Shown here piece by piece: positions 1 to 10,800 of a stretch of DNA of 64,000 bases (positions within the stretch are counted from its first letter, which is position 1; each line of letters begins with the position of its first letter). Source of the DNA: an uncultured Acidobacteriota bacterium. Its GTDB lineage: Bacteria; Acidobacteriota; UBA6911. Under the pieces are notes generated by a model, which worked only from the letters and a program-made list of their open reading frames with translations, was not told the DNA's origin and ran no database searches. The stretch spans positions 160,001 through 224,000 of the forward strand of contig CAWJKZ010000024.1 of assembly GCA_963843575.1 (NCBI GenBank), read 5' to 3'. Both the position numbers and the translations under genes were made by a program.

Positions 1-223
1 CATACAGGAGAACGTGCGCAAGCCGGTGGTCGGCTTCATAGCCGGCCAGACGGCCCCGCCGGGACGCCGCATGGGTCATGCCGGCGCCATCATTTCAGGC
101 GGCAAAGGGACCGCCGCGGAGAAAATCGCGGCGATGAAAAAGTGCGGTATTCAGGTTGCGACCAGTCCGGCCGATATCGGCGAGACCATGGCGCAACTGC
201 TTGCGGAGCGCGTCCATGGATGA
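1..223 (+). CDS. sucD: Succinyl-CoA synthetase alpha subunit, C-terminal part (truncated by window edge)
   Basis: [25 protein letters not shown] phospho-His motif; directly upstream of ndk. Confidence 0.95.
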   Translation, partial: IQENVRKPVVGFIAGQTAPPGRRMGHAGAIISGGKGTAAEKIAAMKKCGIQVATSPADIGETMAQLLAERVHG

Positions 224-635
224 AAGAACACTGGCGATCATCAAGCCGGACGGCGTGGCCCGCAACCTGATCGGGGAAGTGATCCGCCGCATCGAAGCCA
301 GCGGCTTGAAAGTTTCCGCGGTTAAAATGGTCCGGCTCTCCAGGAAAGAGGCGGAGGGCTTTTACGCGGTGCACAAGGAGCGCCCTTTCTTCGGCAGCCT
401 CACCGCGTACATGTCCGAAGGTCCCGTAGTCCTGATGATCCTTTCAGGTGAACGGGCCATTCAGAAGTGGCGCGAACTGATGGGCGCGACCGATCCGGCC
501 AAGGCGGCGAAAGGCTCCATCCGTAGCGATTTCGGCCTCTCGATCGAGCGGAACACGACGCACGGATCGGATGCGCCCGAGACTGCCGCGTTCGAGACCG
601 GCTACTTCTTCGGCCAGATCGAGGTGTGCAACTGA
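216..635 (+). CDS. ndk: Nucleoside diphosphate kinase
   Basis: [14 protein letters not shown]...RNTTHGSD catalytic His motif; ATG at 216 overlaps the sucD end. Confidence 0.97.
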   Translation: MDERTLAIIKPDGVARNLIGEVIRRIEASGLKVSAVKMVRLSRKEAEGFYAVHKERPFFGSLTAYMSEGPVVLMILSGERAIQKWRELMGATDPAKAAKGSIRSDFGLSIERNTTHGSDAPETAAFETGYFFGQIEVCN

Positions 636-663
636 CGCCCCTGCCCGGGGGCGGAGGATCACT

Positions 664-879
664 TTGCTGGGTAGGAGCCTGATCGTGATAGGGGCAGTCC
701 TGCTCGTTGCAGGACTGCTCCTGACCTATACGAACTTCTTCTCGTGGTTGAAGCTCGGGCGGCTCCCCGGCGACCTCGTCTTTCGCAAGGGGAGCGTATC
801 CTTTTATTTCCCGCTGGCCACATCGATTCTGCTCAGCCTGGTCATCACCCTGCTGCTGTACCTCCTCCGCAAATGGTGA
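664..879 (+). CDS. DUF2905-like small membrane protein
   Basis: LGRLPGDL...FYFPLATSILLS pattern, two hydrophobic helices; TTG start after GGAGG. Confidence 0.8.
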   Translation: MLGRSLIVIGAVLLVAGLLLTYTNFFSWLKLGRLPGDLVFRKGSVSFYFPLATSILLSLVITLLLYLLRKW

Positions 880-1002
880 CAACCGCCAAAACCCAGCCAC
901 GGAATCCACGGAATTCATATGGCATTTTTCCGTGTCCTCCGTGGCGAGTTGTTTTTGTCTGTCTGTCGCCTCCCGGCCGCCGGTACGCCGCGCTCCACGG
1001 GT

Positions 1003-1031
1003 TTGACTCTCCTGCGTGCCAAAGCTATAGT
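1003..1031 (+). promoter_or_regulatory. Sigma70-type promoter of mrp
   Basis: TTGACT-17 bp-TATAGT upstream of the 1055 start. Confidence 0.65.
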
Positions 1032-1054
1032 TCAAGGTTATTCTCTACAGCGGG

Positions 1055-2137
1055 GTGGAAGCCTTGAAGCAACTTGAAAAAGCCGTTCTCGACGCCCTCC
1101 GGACGATCAAAGATCCGGACCTTCACAAAGACATCGTCGCCCTGAACTTCGTCAAGGACCTCAAGATCGAACAGGGGAAAGCCAGCTTCACCATCGAGCT
1201 GACCACGCCTGCGTGCCCGGTCAAGAAGGAGATGGAGGAGTGGGCCCGTTCGGCGGTCCTGCAGGTGGATGGCATCCGGGAAGTGGAGATCAGGATGACC
1301 TCCGCCGTAACTCCCGGCGGGCAAGCGCCCGGCAAACAGGGCATACCCGGCGTCCGCAACATCGTCGCGGTCGGCAGCGGCAAGGGCGGGGTGGGCAAGA
1401 GCACCGTGACGGTGAACCTCGCGGTCGCGCTGGCCAAGTCGGGAGCTGCGGTCGGGTTGCTCGACTCGGACGTGTACGGCCCGAACGTTCCCCTCATGAT
1501 GGGGATAACCGGCCGGCCCGAGGCCGTGGACAACCGCATTCAAGTGCTGTCCAATTACGACGTCCGCGTGATGTCGATGGGTTTCCTGACGGGGGGCGAA
1601 GACACCCCGCTGATCTGGCGTGGACCGATGCTGCACAGCGTCATCCAGCAGTTCATTCACCAGGTCGATTGGGGCGAGCTGGATTACCTTCTGGTGGATC
1701 TGCCTCCAGGGACTGGTGATGTTCAACTGAGCCTCACCCAGACCGTCCCGCTGATGGGCGCCGTGATCGTGACGACGCCTCAGGACGTGGCGCTGCAGGA
1801 CGCCCGCAAGGCGATCATGATGTTCCGGCAGGTGCGCGTCGAAGTCCTGGGCATCGTCGAAAACATGTCGTTCTTCGAGTGTCCCTCGTGCCACACCCGC
1901 ACCGACGTTTTCGGTCATGGGGGCGGACGCGAGACGGCCGAGCGCTATGGGGTGCCCTTCCTCGGCGAGGTGCCCCTGGAGCTCGCCGTCCGAAACGGAG
2001 GGGACGAGGGCAAGCCCGTTGTCCTGCGGGAGCCGGACTCTGCCGCCGGCCGTGCCTTCGCCGAAATCGCCTCCAGGGTCGCGGCCCAGGTGAGCGTCGC
2101 GAACGCGAATAACCTGAACTCGATGATCATCCAGTAG
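1055..2137 (+). CDS. mrp: Mrp/ApbC/NBP35 Fe-S cluster carrier ATPase
   Basis: N-terminal TTPACP domain, GKGGVGKS Walker A, WRGPM, DLPPGTGD, ENMS and CxxC motifs. Confidence 0.95.
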   Translation: MEALKQLEKAVLDALRTIKDPDLHKDIVALNFVKDLKIEQGKASFTIELTTPACPVKKEMEEWARSAVLQVDGIREVEIRMTSAVTPGGQAPGKQGIPGVRNIVAVGSGKGGVGKSTVTVNLAVALAKSGAAVGLLDSDVYGPNVPLMMGITGRPEAVDNRIQVLSNYDVRVMSMGFLTGGEDTPLIWRGPMLHSVIQQFIHQVDWGELDYLLVDLPPGTGDVQLSLTQTVPLMGAVIVTTPQDVALQDARKAIMMFRQVRVEVLGIVENMSFFECPSCHTRTDVFGHGGGRETAERYGVPFLGEVPLELAVRNGGDEGKPVVLREPDSAAGRAFAEIASRVAAQVSVANANNLNSMIIQ

Positions 2138-2148
2138 ACGGGCACGTC

Positions 2149-3141
2149 GTGGCGGGCATCCTCGTACTCCATCCGGGGGCTCTGGGGGACGTCATCCTCG
2201 CCCTGCCGGCGTTGGCCCTGCTGCGGGAGCGCTTTCCGGGAGTGCCGCTGACTCTGGCGGGGAACACCGATTACCTGCCTGCGGTTGCGTGCGGCCACGC
2301 GGAACACGTGACCGCGCTCTCTACCTTACCCCTGCACCGACTCTACACCTCCGAGCCGCTCCCTGCGGACCACGTAAGCTTCTGGAGATCATTCGACAGG
2401 ATCGTCGCCTGGACGGGATTCGGCGATCCTGTTTTTGGGGAGCGCTTGGCCCGGCTGAATCCGGGAAGCATAGTGGCCGGATGGCGCCCGGGTCCGGACG
2501 AGGTGCGGCACGTCTCACGCATCTTCGTCGACACGCTCGAACGCTGGCTGGGGGACGTCGCGGACATACCGCTCCCGGCGATCACGGTTGCGCCGGAGAA
2601 CCAGGCAGCGGCCGACCGCTGGCTCGACGGGCGCGGCTGGGGGCGGCATCCGATCGTCGCCGTGCATCCCGGGGCGGGGAACCGGGGAAAGCGCTGGCCC
2701 GGTTCCGCCGCCGTCGTCGAACGCCTCATCCGTGAGGGGGAGTGCAGGGTGGTGGTCATCGAGGGCCCGGCCGAGCCCGAAGCCGGGGCCACCGTGGTCC
2801 GCGGTCTCGCCGCGGAGAACGTCGCGGTGGCGCGCTCGCTTCCTCTCCAGATCGTTGCCGGAGTGCTGTCGCGCTCCGAGGGGTATGTGGGGAACGACTC
2901 GGGCATCTCGCACCTGGCCGCCGGTCTCGGGGTTGCCTCGGTTGTCGTGTTCGGGCCGACGTCGGCTGGGACCTGGGGACCGCGCGGGCCGCGCGTGGAG
3001 ATCCTGCAGGATGCCCGAGGGTGTCCGGCGTGCGAAGGCTCGACGCCTGTGTCCCACCGGTGTCTCGAGAATGTCCGGCCCGAAACGGTGCTCGAGCGCC
3101 TCTCCGGGTTGCGGCGCGTCCCCCGGACGGCAACTGCATAA
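2149..3141 (+). CDS. Glycosyltransferase family 9 (heptosyltransferase-like)
   Basis: GALGDVIL, HPGAG..KRWP, GNDSGISHLAAGLG..VVFGPT motifs. Confidence 0.88.
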   Translation: MAGILVLHPGALGDVILALPALALLRERFPGVPLTLAGNTDYLPAVACGHAEHVTALSTLPLHRLYTSEPLPADHVSFWRSFDRIVAWTGFGDPVFGERLARLNPGSIVAGWRPGPDEVRHVSRIFVDTLERWLGDVADIPLPAITVAPENQAAADRWLDGRGWGRHPIVAVHPGAGNRGKRWPGSAAVVERLIREGECRVVVIEGPAEPEAGATVVRGLAAENVAVARSLPLQIVAGVLSRSEGYVGNDSGISHLAAGLGVASVVVFGPTSAGTWGPRGPRVEILQDARGCPACEGSTPVSHRCLENVRPETVLERLSGLRRVPRTATA

Positions 3142-3203
3142 ACCTGCGGGTTGAAGGGCTCACCTCGAAGGCTTCAAAACTCGAAGAAGCTCGAAGGGCG
3201 CAC

Positions 3204-3971
3204 TCACTCCATCAGCATCCCCCCGTTCGCCTCGATGCACTCCCCGACGAGGTGGGACGATTCGTCGGAGGCGAGAAACGCGACAACCTTAGCCATCTCC
3301 TCACTCGTCCCCAGCCGCTGCTGCGGAATGGCGGCGACGAACCTGTCGAGCATCTCCCGGGTGCTGAATCGTTCGTGGAAAGGGGTCCGGATCACGCCGG
3401 GGTTCAGGCCGTTTACCCGGATGCCGAGCGGCATCAGTTCCTTCGCCATCGACTTGGTCAGGGCGATCAGCCCTCCCTTGGCGGCCGCATACGCCGCCGC
3501 CCCCGGCCCGCCGCCGTTCCTGCCGGCTATGGACGCCACGTTTACGACGATTCCCCCACCCTGCTCGATCATGCGGGGAAGGAAGGCGCGGGTCACAAAA
3601 AACACGCTGTCGAGGTTCAGCGCCATCACGCGGCGCCAGAGGTCGAGGTCCATCTCCCGCAGCGTTCTTCGCTCGATGAGGGACCCGGCGTTGTTCACCA
3701 GGACGTCGACCCGGCCGAAATCGGCGAGGATGTCGCCGGCCATCCGCGCCACTTGCCCGGGATCCCCCACGTCGCATGCGTACACCCTCGCCTTGCCCTG
3801 CGGGAGCGCCCGGATCCGGTCGAGGGTTTCTTCCGATCCCTTTTCGTTGCTGAAATAGTGCACGGCCACCTGATATCCCCGCGTCGCCAGTTCGATGGCC
3901 GTGGCCTGGCCTATCCCCGAACTTGCGCCCGTGACAACCGCTACCTTAGCTCCCCTGTCGCTCTCCGGCAT
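3204..3971 (-). CDS. SDR family oxidoreductase
   Basis: TGASSGIG, NNAG, YAAAKG and PG motifs; ATG at 3971. Confidence 0.92.
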   Translation of the reverse strand: MPESDRGAKVAVVTGASSGIGQATAIELATRGYQVAVHYFSNEKGSEETLDRIRALPQGKARVYACDVGDPGQVARMAGDILADFGRVDVLVNNAGSLIERRTLREMDLDLWRRVMALNLDSVFFVTRAFLPRMIEQGGGIVVNVASIAGRNGGGPGAAAYAAAKGGLIALTKSMAKELMPLGIRVNGLNPGVIRTPFHERFSTREMLDRFVAAIPQQRLGTSEEMAKVVAFLASDESSHLVGECIEANGGMLME

Positions 3972-4060
3972 GTTGCCCCCGTTGCGGATTGCAGAATCCG
4001 GAATACGGGTCGATAATGAACCGACCCGATCTGTTGTTGAACCTGGTCGCGGAGGTGCTG

Positions 4061-6061
4061 ATGCTCTGCCGCCCGATGCCTGTCGCCGCACTCCTGCTGA
4101 TTTTGGGTTCGGTGCAGTCCGGCCTCGCCCAGACGGCCGACGCGCTGAGTTCGCGCAACGCCAACTATACCATCGAGGTTAAGCTCGATCCGGTCCGAAA
4201 AACGCTCGAGGGGCACGAGCGGGTCTCGTGGCGCAACGATACGGGCACCCCCGCGGCGGAACTCCGTTTCCACCTGTATTGGAATGCCTGGAAAGACAAC
4301 AGGAGCACCTGGATGCGCGAGGCCGCCCTGGGCTCGAGGCGCAACCGCACCGACCCGCGGCCGGAGGACTGGTCGTACGCCCGGGTGCAATCGATCCGGT
4401 GGCTTGCGGCCGCAGGGGGCGAAGCAGCCGACCTGACCCGCGGGATGCGATTCCTCGCACCGGACGACGGGAATCCCGACGACCAGACCGTCATGGCGGT
4501 GACGCTGCCTCAGCCCGCCGGGCCGGGAGAGACTGTCACGGTCGAGTTGTCCTGGCAGGGCAAGATACCGCGCACCTTCGCCCGCACCGGTTTCCGGGGC
4601 AATTATTATTTCATCGCCCAGTGGTTTCCTAAACTCGGGGTGTTGCAGCCGGACGGGCAGTGGAACTGCCACCAGTTTCACGCAGGGACCGAGTTCTTCT
4701 CCGACTACGGCGTGTACGACGTCAGGATGACGGTGCCCCACGGTTGGCTGCTCGGGGCCACCGGCGTCCAGCAGAAGATCGAAGAACACCCGGACGGGAC
4801 CTCGACCCACCACTACCGCGAAGCCGACGTGCACGACTTCACCTGGACCACCAGCCCCGACTACCGCGAAGCGCGGCGCGACTTCGTCCATCCGGGACTC
4901 CGGACCGTCCAGATGAGGCTGCTCTACCAACCCGAGCACGAGGCACAAGTCGAGCGGCACCTGCGCGCCACGGCGGTCGCCCTGCGGTATTACGGCACGT
5001 GGTACGGCCAGTACCCCTATGGGCACATCACCGTGATCGATCCGGCCTGGGGCAGCGGCGCCGGCGGGATGGAGTACCCCACCCTATTCACCTGCGGTAC
5101 GCGCGTTTTCAACCCGCAAGGCGGTGGTTCGCCCGAGGGAGTGACCGTGCACGAAGCGGGGCACCAGTTCTGGTACGCCATCGTCGGGAACAACGAGTTC
5201 GAAGATGCCTGGCTCGACGAAGGGCTGAATACCTTTTCCACGGCGCGGGCAATCGATGAGGGCTACGGCGAAGAATTCTACGTCCGGCGATTCTTCAGGG
5301 GATTCCTGCCGGTATCCGCACCCGCGATCCGGCTGCACCGCATGACACAGGGGAACGGTCTCGACGGCTACCGTTACGACGCGCGCTCGGACGTCGAGGC
5401 AACCCCGAGTTACCTCTACTTCCCCGGGACCGGAGCCAGCATCACGTACAGCAAGACCGCCCTCTGGCTCGCCACGCTCGAGCGGACGCTCGGCTGGCCC
5501 GCGCTGCAGCGCGTCATGTCCGTGTTTTTCCAGCGCTGGAGCTTCAGGCATCCGAAGCCCGACGATTTCTTCGCCACCGCGTCCGAAGTCTCTGGGGAGG
5601 ACCTGACCCCATTCTTCGATCAGGTGTACCGGAAGGCCGCCGTCTTCGATTACGCCGTCGGGTCCGTGACCAGCGACCCGGTCGAATCGCGGGGTTCCCC
5701 TGACCGCAACGGCAAGTCGGCAGGGGAGGGAGGCGGCGCCGGCCTGTACGAGACTGCCGTCGTCGTGCGGCGCCTTCAGGACGGCACCCTGCCGGTGGAC
5801 ATCCTGCTCAGGTTCGAAAATGGCGAGGAAGTGCGCCGTCCCTGGGACGGCCAGGCCACCTGGACTCTGGTCCGGGTGGTCAAGCCCGCGCGCCTCCTGT
5901 ACGCGGCAGTCGATCCCGAACGCAAAATCCTCCTCGACGTAAACTACACGAACAACACCATGCTCCTTGCGCCCCGGCCCGGGTTTGCGTCGACCAAGTG
6001 GGCGTCGAAGTGGATGATCTGGTTGCAGGATTATATCCAGACGCTCGCATTCCTTGTCTGA
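4061..6061 (+). CDS. Secreted M1-family zinc aminopeptidase
   Basis: GGMEYP, HEAGHQFW...WLDEG (HExxH...E), signal peptide; GGAGG before ATG 4061. Confidence 0.9.
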   Translation: MLCRPMPVAALLLILGSVQSGLAQTADALSSRNANYTIEVKLDPVRKTLEGHERVSWRNDTGTPAAELRFHLYWNAWKDNRSTWMREAALGSRRNRTDPRPEDWSYARVQSIRWLAAAGGEAADLTRGMRFLAPDDGNPDDQTVMAVTLPQPAGPGETVTVELSWQGKIPRTFARTGFRGNYYFIAQWFPKLGVLQPDGQWNCHQFHAGTEFFSDYGVYDVRMTVPHGWLLGATGVQQKIEEHPDGTSTHHYREADVHDFTWTTSPDYREARRDFVHPGLRTVQMRLLYQPEHEAQVERHLRATAVALRYYGTWYGQYPYGHITVIDPAWGSGAGGMEYPTLFTCGTRVFNPQGGGSPEGVTVHEAGHQFWYAIVGNNEFEDAWLDEGLNTFSTARAIDEGYGEEFYVRRFFRGFLPVSAPAIRLHRMTQGNGLDGYRYDARSDVEATPSYLYFPGTGASITYSKTALWLATLERTLGWPALQRVMSVFFQRWSFRHPKPDDFFATASEVSGEDLTPFFDQVYRKAAVFDYAVGSVTSDPVESRGSPDRNGKSAGEGGGAGLYETAVVVRRLQDGTLPVDILLRFENGEEVRRPWDGQATWTLVRVVKPARLLYAAVDPERKILLDVNYTNNTMLLAPRPGFASTKWASKWMIWLQDYIQTLAFLV

Positions 6062-6086
6062 CCGGCAGGCATATCGGAGGACATCC

Positions 6087-7193
6087 ATGACGATCGGCGA
6101 ATCTTACATTTCGGGCCTGAGGAAGGTCGGGCGCTCTCCTTCGCTTGTTTTCTGGATCTATGGCGCAAGCCTGACCCTGGCCCTCCCGCTGGCTTTTGCC
6201 ATGGGCGGCGTACTGGCCGGATCGATCGGCGGGAGTCTCGTGCACGAGTCGCTGCGGCAGGGGTTCGACATGGACTGGTACGGCGAGTTCAGCGCCCACG
6301 CCTCCGGTCTCGCCGAGACCTTCGGCCCCGAAGTGGCAGGGATATTTCCGGTCGTGAGCAACCTCCAGCGCCTGGCCGACGGGGAGATCCTCGGCCTGGG
6401 CGGTGTCGTGCTCCTGGCGGGCATCTCCTTCATGCTGGCCTGGGCGTTCCTGGGCGGCGGCATCCTGGGCCGGTACGCGCGCGCCGGCGATAATCCGGAC
6501 CGCAGGGTTTTCTTCGGGGATTCCGCGGTCTACTTCTTCCGATTTGTGCGCCTGACGGCCATTTCCCTGCTGCTCTACGCGGGGTTGTTCCGCTGGGTCG
6601 GCGATCCCCTCCACGCCCTTGTCGAGCGGGCGACGCGCGACGTGACCGCGGAGCGCACGGCCATGACATATACCCTGCTGGTGTACGCGATCGTGGCCGC
6701 AGGCATCGGCCTGATCAGCCTGATCGGCGACTATGCGAAGATCGCCATGGTCGCCGAGGAACGCTCGAGCGCCGTGCTGGCGTTCATCCGAGCCGCGCGA
6801 TTCGTGTTTTCGGGCAGGGCGCCGGCCATCGGGTTGTATCTCGCGCTGGCGCTGACCGGGTTGGCCCTGTTCGCCCTGTACTGGATCGTTGCCCCCGGCC
6901 CGGGGCAGCAGGGCGTCTTCGGCCTGTCCGTCGCTTTCCTCGTCGGCCAGGCCTACCTGATCTGCCGCATCGTTCTGAAGCTCTGGTTTCTCGCCGGCCA
7001 GACCCTGATGTTCCAGTCGGTCAATTTTGGAACGGAGCTGGTCACCGATCAACACAGCAAAACGCGGATTCCCGCGGATTTGACGGATTCCCGCTGGGAG
7101 GAATGCCGGGCGCGGCCTGTCACCAAGCCAATGTCCGCGTGCCTCCGTGTCAATCCGCGTCCCGGGGACTCTGAGCCACAGGGAATCTCATGA
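6087..7193 (+). CDS. Multi-pass membrane protein, partner of the M1 peptidase
   Basis: Many hydrophobic segments; follows the peptidase closely; C-terminal tail runs through repeat DNA. Confidence 0.7.
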   Translation: MTIGESYISGLRKVGRSPSLVFWIYGASLTLALPLAFAMGGVLAGSIGGSLVHESLRQGFDMDWYGEFSAHASGLAETFGPEVAGIFPVVSNLQRLADGEILGLGGVVLLAGISFMLAWAFLGGGILGRYARAGDNPDRRVFFGDSAVYFFRFVRLTAISLLLYAGLFRWVGDPLHALVERATRDVTAERTAMTYTLLVYAIVAAGIGLISLIGDYAKIAMVAEERSSAVLAFIRAARFVFSGRAPAIGLYLALALTGLALFALYWIVAPGPGQQGVFGLSVAFLVGQAYLICRIVLKLWFLAGQTLMFQSVNFGTELVTDQHSKTRIPADLTDSRWEECRARPVTKPMSACLRVNPRPGDSEPQGIS

Positions 7194-7301
7194 ACCTGCG
7201 CGCTGGTTCGCGGTGCGGCTAATGGGTTCCTTCCGTGTCTTCCGTGTCGAGTTGTTCTATCCCCGCCCTGGTGTTCAAGACACACGGCGCCGCACTCCGG
7301 C

Positions 7302-8261
7302 TCAAAACCGGAATGGCTGGAGATCCGGGGTGGCGACGGCATCCTCGGGGATACCGAGGAGGGCGAGCGGGTTCGTAAACCCGGCCTGCCAGGCTTCCTC
7401 CTCGCTCAGGAGCCCGTGCTCGCGGAGCCGGCGCATGCACTCGGCGAGGTTCAGCCCCGAGCCGACCAGGTGCATGCGGTCCAGGTTCTGGATTCGGCCC
7501 GACTGCGTGAGGCGCACCCTGTTGCCCAGCGTTTCGTATTCGCCCGGTGGAAAGCCCGCGATTGGGGCGCAGTCCGACACGATAAAGACCTTCCCGATCC
7601 CTTTGCAGCGCAGGGCCACCCGGATGAAGTCGTCCGGCAGGTGGTGGCCGTCGCCGATCAGACCCGCGTGGAGAGTGTCGTCCGCGAGCTGGTAGACCAG
7701 GATGTTCTCGTGCCGCGGGAGCATATTCGGGCAGCCGTTCCCCAGGTGGGTGACCATGGTCGCGCCTGCCGAGGCGGCGGCGCGCAACACATCCCGCGGT
7801 GCGAGGTGATGACCGAGCGAGACCAGGGTGCGATGGTGCGCGACGATGTGGCCGATCAGCGGGATTGCTCCGGGCAATTCGGGTGCAAGCGTCAGGAGCG
7901 CGATCCTTCCCCTTGCCCACTCCTGGAAACGATCGAACTCGCCGGGATTCGGGAGGCGCATCAGTTCGGCGGCGTGGGCCCCGCGCGCCCCTTCCTCCCG
8001 GGAAAGGTAAGGCCCTTCCATGTGGATCCCGAGCAGGCGCCCCCGGATGCCGGGTTCCTCCATGGCTTCGGCGATCAGCGGAAGGTTGCGCCGGTAGATC
8101 GCCATGTCCGAAGTCACAAGGGTCGCGCAGTACCCGATCACCCCCCGGGCCACCATCTCGTTGGTTATGCGACGCACGTCGTCGCGCGTCAGGGCGGGGG
8201 AGACGAAGTCCACCCCCAGGTATCCGTTCACCTGCAGATCCACGAAGCCCTTGTGTTTCAT
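7302..8261 (-). CDS. nagA: N-acetylglucosamine-6-phosphate deacetylase
   Basis: GFVDLQVNG, GIHMEGPYLS, TLAPE, THLGN, DGHH motifs. Confidence 0.88.
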   Translation of the reverse strand: MKHKGFVDLQVNGYLGVDFVSPALTRDDVRRITNEMVARGVIGYCATLVTSDMAIYRRNLPLIAEAMEEPGIRGRLLGIHMEGPYLSREEGARGAHAAELMRLPNPGEFDRFQEWARGRIALLTLAPELPGAIPLIGHIVAHHRTLVSLGHHLAPRDVLRAAASAGATMVTHLGNGCPNMLPRHENILVYQLADDTLHAGLIGDGHHLPDDFIRVALRCKGIGKVFIVSDCAPIAGFPPGEYETLGNRVRLTQSGRIQNLDRMHLVGSGLNLAECMRRLREHGLLSEEEAWQAGFTNPLALLGIPEDAVATPDLQPFRF

Positions 8262-8320
8262 GTGACCCCCGTTTGTTTACCATCGCCTGCGTATATCACG
8301 CCGCAGCCCTGAGCAACCCC

Positions 8321-8429
8321 CTCAAGTGGGTCCGGGCTTCAACCCGGACGCTGTTTGCGGTCGCTATAACGTGCGCTTGTCGCCACATAGATCAGACCCA
8401 AAGACGTCCGGGCTGAAGCCCGGACCCAC
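8321..8429. repeat. Paired-palindrome (REP/BIME or MITE-like) element, family B
   Basis: GTGGGTCCGGGCTTCAACCCGGAC and inverted GTCCGGGCTGAAGCCCGGACCCAC around a ~56-bp spacer; homologous copy at 50544-50640. Confidence 0.75.
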
Positions 8430-8452
8430 GTCTCTTGCGGGCAGGCCGGGTC

Positions 8453-9328
8453 TCAAAAGAACCCCGGAAGGCTCAGCAGGGGGTACGTCCTCCACCCGTC
8501 TCGATATAGGCGGTGGTGGTGCACCGAAACGGCCGTGCCGTCCAGGGTCATCTCGAGCAGGGTTGCCCGCGCCCCGGACCGGCGGCCCGCCTTCAGGGCG
8601 GGCCCCGGGATTGAGGCAGAGGGTCCGGGGCAGGGCGCTCGGGACAAAGCACCATGTCGAGTGGATGTGCCCGCAGCAGTATATGTTCGGCACCTGATCC
8701 CGAAGGAACCGCCTGAGGTCGTCAACGCCGCGCAAGCGGTGCCACCGCCCCTCGACAATCCCGTCAGGCAACTCGACCGGATAGTGGCAGGCTACCACAA
8801 GCCTTTCGAGGCGTGGTCCGAAACCGTCGATGAGCGTCTGAGCCCTGTCGAGCTGGGGTCGCGGAGATCGTCCCAACCGCCGAGAACGCATTCGGGTGGG
8901 TGGGATCGAGACCCAGCAGGGCGGTCCGGGCGTCGAGTTCCTTCAGCCACGGATAATCGGACGACGGGGCGAACGGGGCGAAATACTTCTCGAACAGATG
9001 TTGCCGCGCCGCCGGGCGCGTGTACCGGTCGTGGTTTCCCGGGATCACGCTGGTGTTCCCGCGAACCTGCGCCGAGCCCGGCAAGCGCGGCCGAGGCGGC
9101 CGCGAACTCCCGGTCCAGGGCGGTGGTGGTCATGTCCCCGGTCACGAGAAGGTGATCGGGGGCGGTCGCCCGGATGCGGTCGATCAGGGCCGGAGCGGTC
9201 GAGAGGCGGTACTTCCACGCTCGGTTCAAGATGAGGTTGCTCATCCCCAGGAGGCGTTTTCCTGCGAGCCGCGCCGGATTGAGGGTAATGTGCCAGAAGT
9301 GCAGGTCTGAGATTTGGACGATGCGCAT
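8453..9328 (-). CDS. Calcineurin-like metallophosphoesterase (frameshifted, probably sequencing error)
   Basis: ISDLH, VTGD, PGNHD and GHIH motifs spread over three ORF-track frames. Confidence 0.8.
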
Positions 9329-9346
9329 CGGTTCACAAGGGGAAGG

Positions 9347-10724
9347 TCACAGGGGAATACGCAGCAGAGCCCTGCATCCTGGACTGCCGGCCCGGTTGGC
9401 GAGGGCGAGGCTGCCGCCGTGGGCTTCGGCAATCTGCCGGCAAAGCACCAGGCCGATTCCCGAGCCGTGAGGCTTGGTGGTAAAGAACGGCACGAACAGG
9501 TTGGCGGTGTTCGACAGGCCGGGGCCCTCGTCGTCCACCCACACCTCCAGGCGGGTGGGGGACCGGCTCCAGCCGGCGGCCACGCCGCCGCCCGTCGACT
9601 GCACCGCGTCGACGGCGTTGCGGAGCAGGTTGATGAGCAGCTGATCGAGTTGGTCGCCGTCTGCCTCGATCTTCAGCTCCGGTCCCTCGACGCAGGTGAC
9701 GTGGAGGCGCGTCTCGAGCCGCACCACGCGTCGCACCCAGGCGCCCACGTCCATGGGCTGCTTGCGCGGCGGCGGCAGTTGGGCCAGCCGCGAGTATCCT
9801 TCCATGAAGCGGCTCAGCGCCTCCCCACGATTCCCGATCACCGCCAGCCCCCTGCGCATGTCGTCGAGCCAGTCCTCGGGGCGAGGTTCCTTGGTCAGGA
9901 GGCTGTCCAGGCTTGCGGCGATCGACTTGATCGGGGTCAAGGAGTTGTTGAGTTCGTGTCCCAGGACGCGGATGAGGCGCTTCCACGCCATCCTCTCCTC
10001 CTCGCGCAGGGCACGGCTCAGATCGGACATGACCAGGAGCTGATGCGGCAGGCCGGCCTGCCGAAAGGTGGTGCGCCGTATTTCCCAGCGCCCGGCGCCG
10101 CCCGACAGCGAAAACTCGACGACACGGGACTCCTCTCCCTGCAGGCAGTCGGCGAGCCCAAGCTCGCCGGCCGTCTTGCCGCGGAGGCGTTCGGCGGGCT
10201 GCCCGAGCAGGCGCTCCCCGGTCCTGTTGACCAGACGAAGGTTCGAATCCTGATCGAACGCGAACACTGCGACGTCGATTTCTTCCATCACCTTGGTGAG
10301 GAGCTTGGTTGCCTCCAGCGCCCCCAGCCGCTGTTCGCGCAACGTCGCCCCCAGCGCGTTCACCTCGAGGGCTACGCCGCCCAGCGTGTCCTCGGGATCC
10401 GCCTCCCGCGCCCGGATGGAAAAATCCCCTTCACGGAGCGCGGCGAGGAGGTTGGAGATCGTCTTGAGCGGCACTACCACGCGGGCCCGCAGCCCAAAGG
10501 AGAAACCGAGCCAGCAGGAAACCACAAGCACGCCCAAGAGTCCACTGCACCTTGGGGCTGAAACCGCCCAACCACAGAAGGACGAGGCAGACAACCACCG
10601 CGGGCAATCCGGCGGCAAGCGCCAGCATCACGATGGTCGAATCGTGCCTGAGGTGTACCCAATGGTGTCGCCCGCGCTGCGGCGCGGCGGAAGTCGCAAC
10701 AGCGCGGGGCGCTTGCGCCCTCAT
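9347..10724 (-). CDS. Membrane sensor histidine kinase with HAMP/PAS-like region (frameshift near 10530)
   Basis: VLGHELNNSL H-box, NLLRNA, DDEGPG, FFTTK, GIGL boxes. Confidence 0.9.
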
Positions 10725-10800
10725 AGGAACTCACCTCGGCAAGTTGGATAGCGGCGCCCAGGCGCCGCCCCAAAGCGGCGTCGAGCCGCCGCACTCCACA

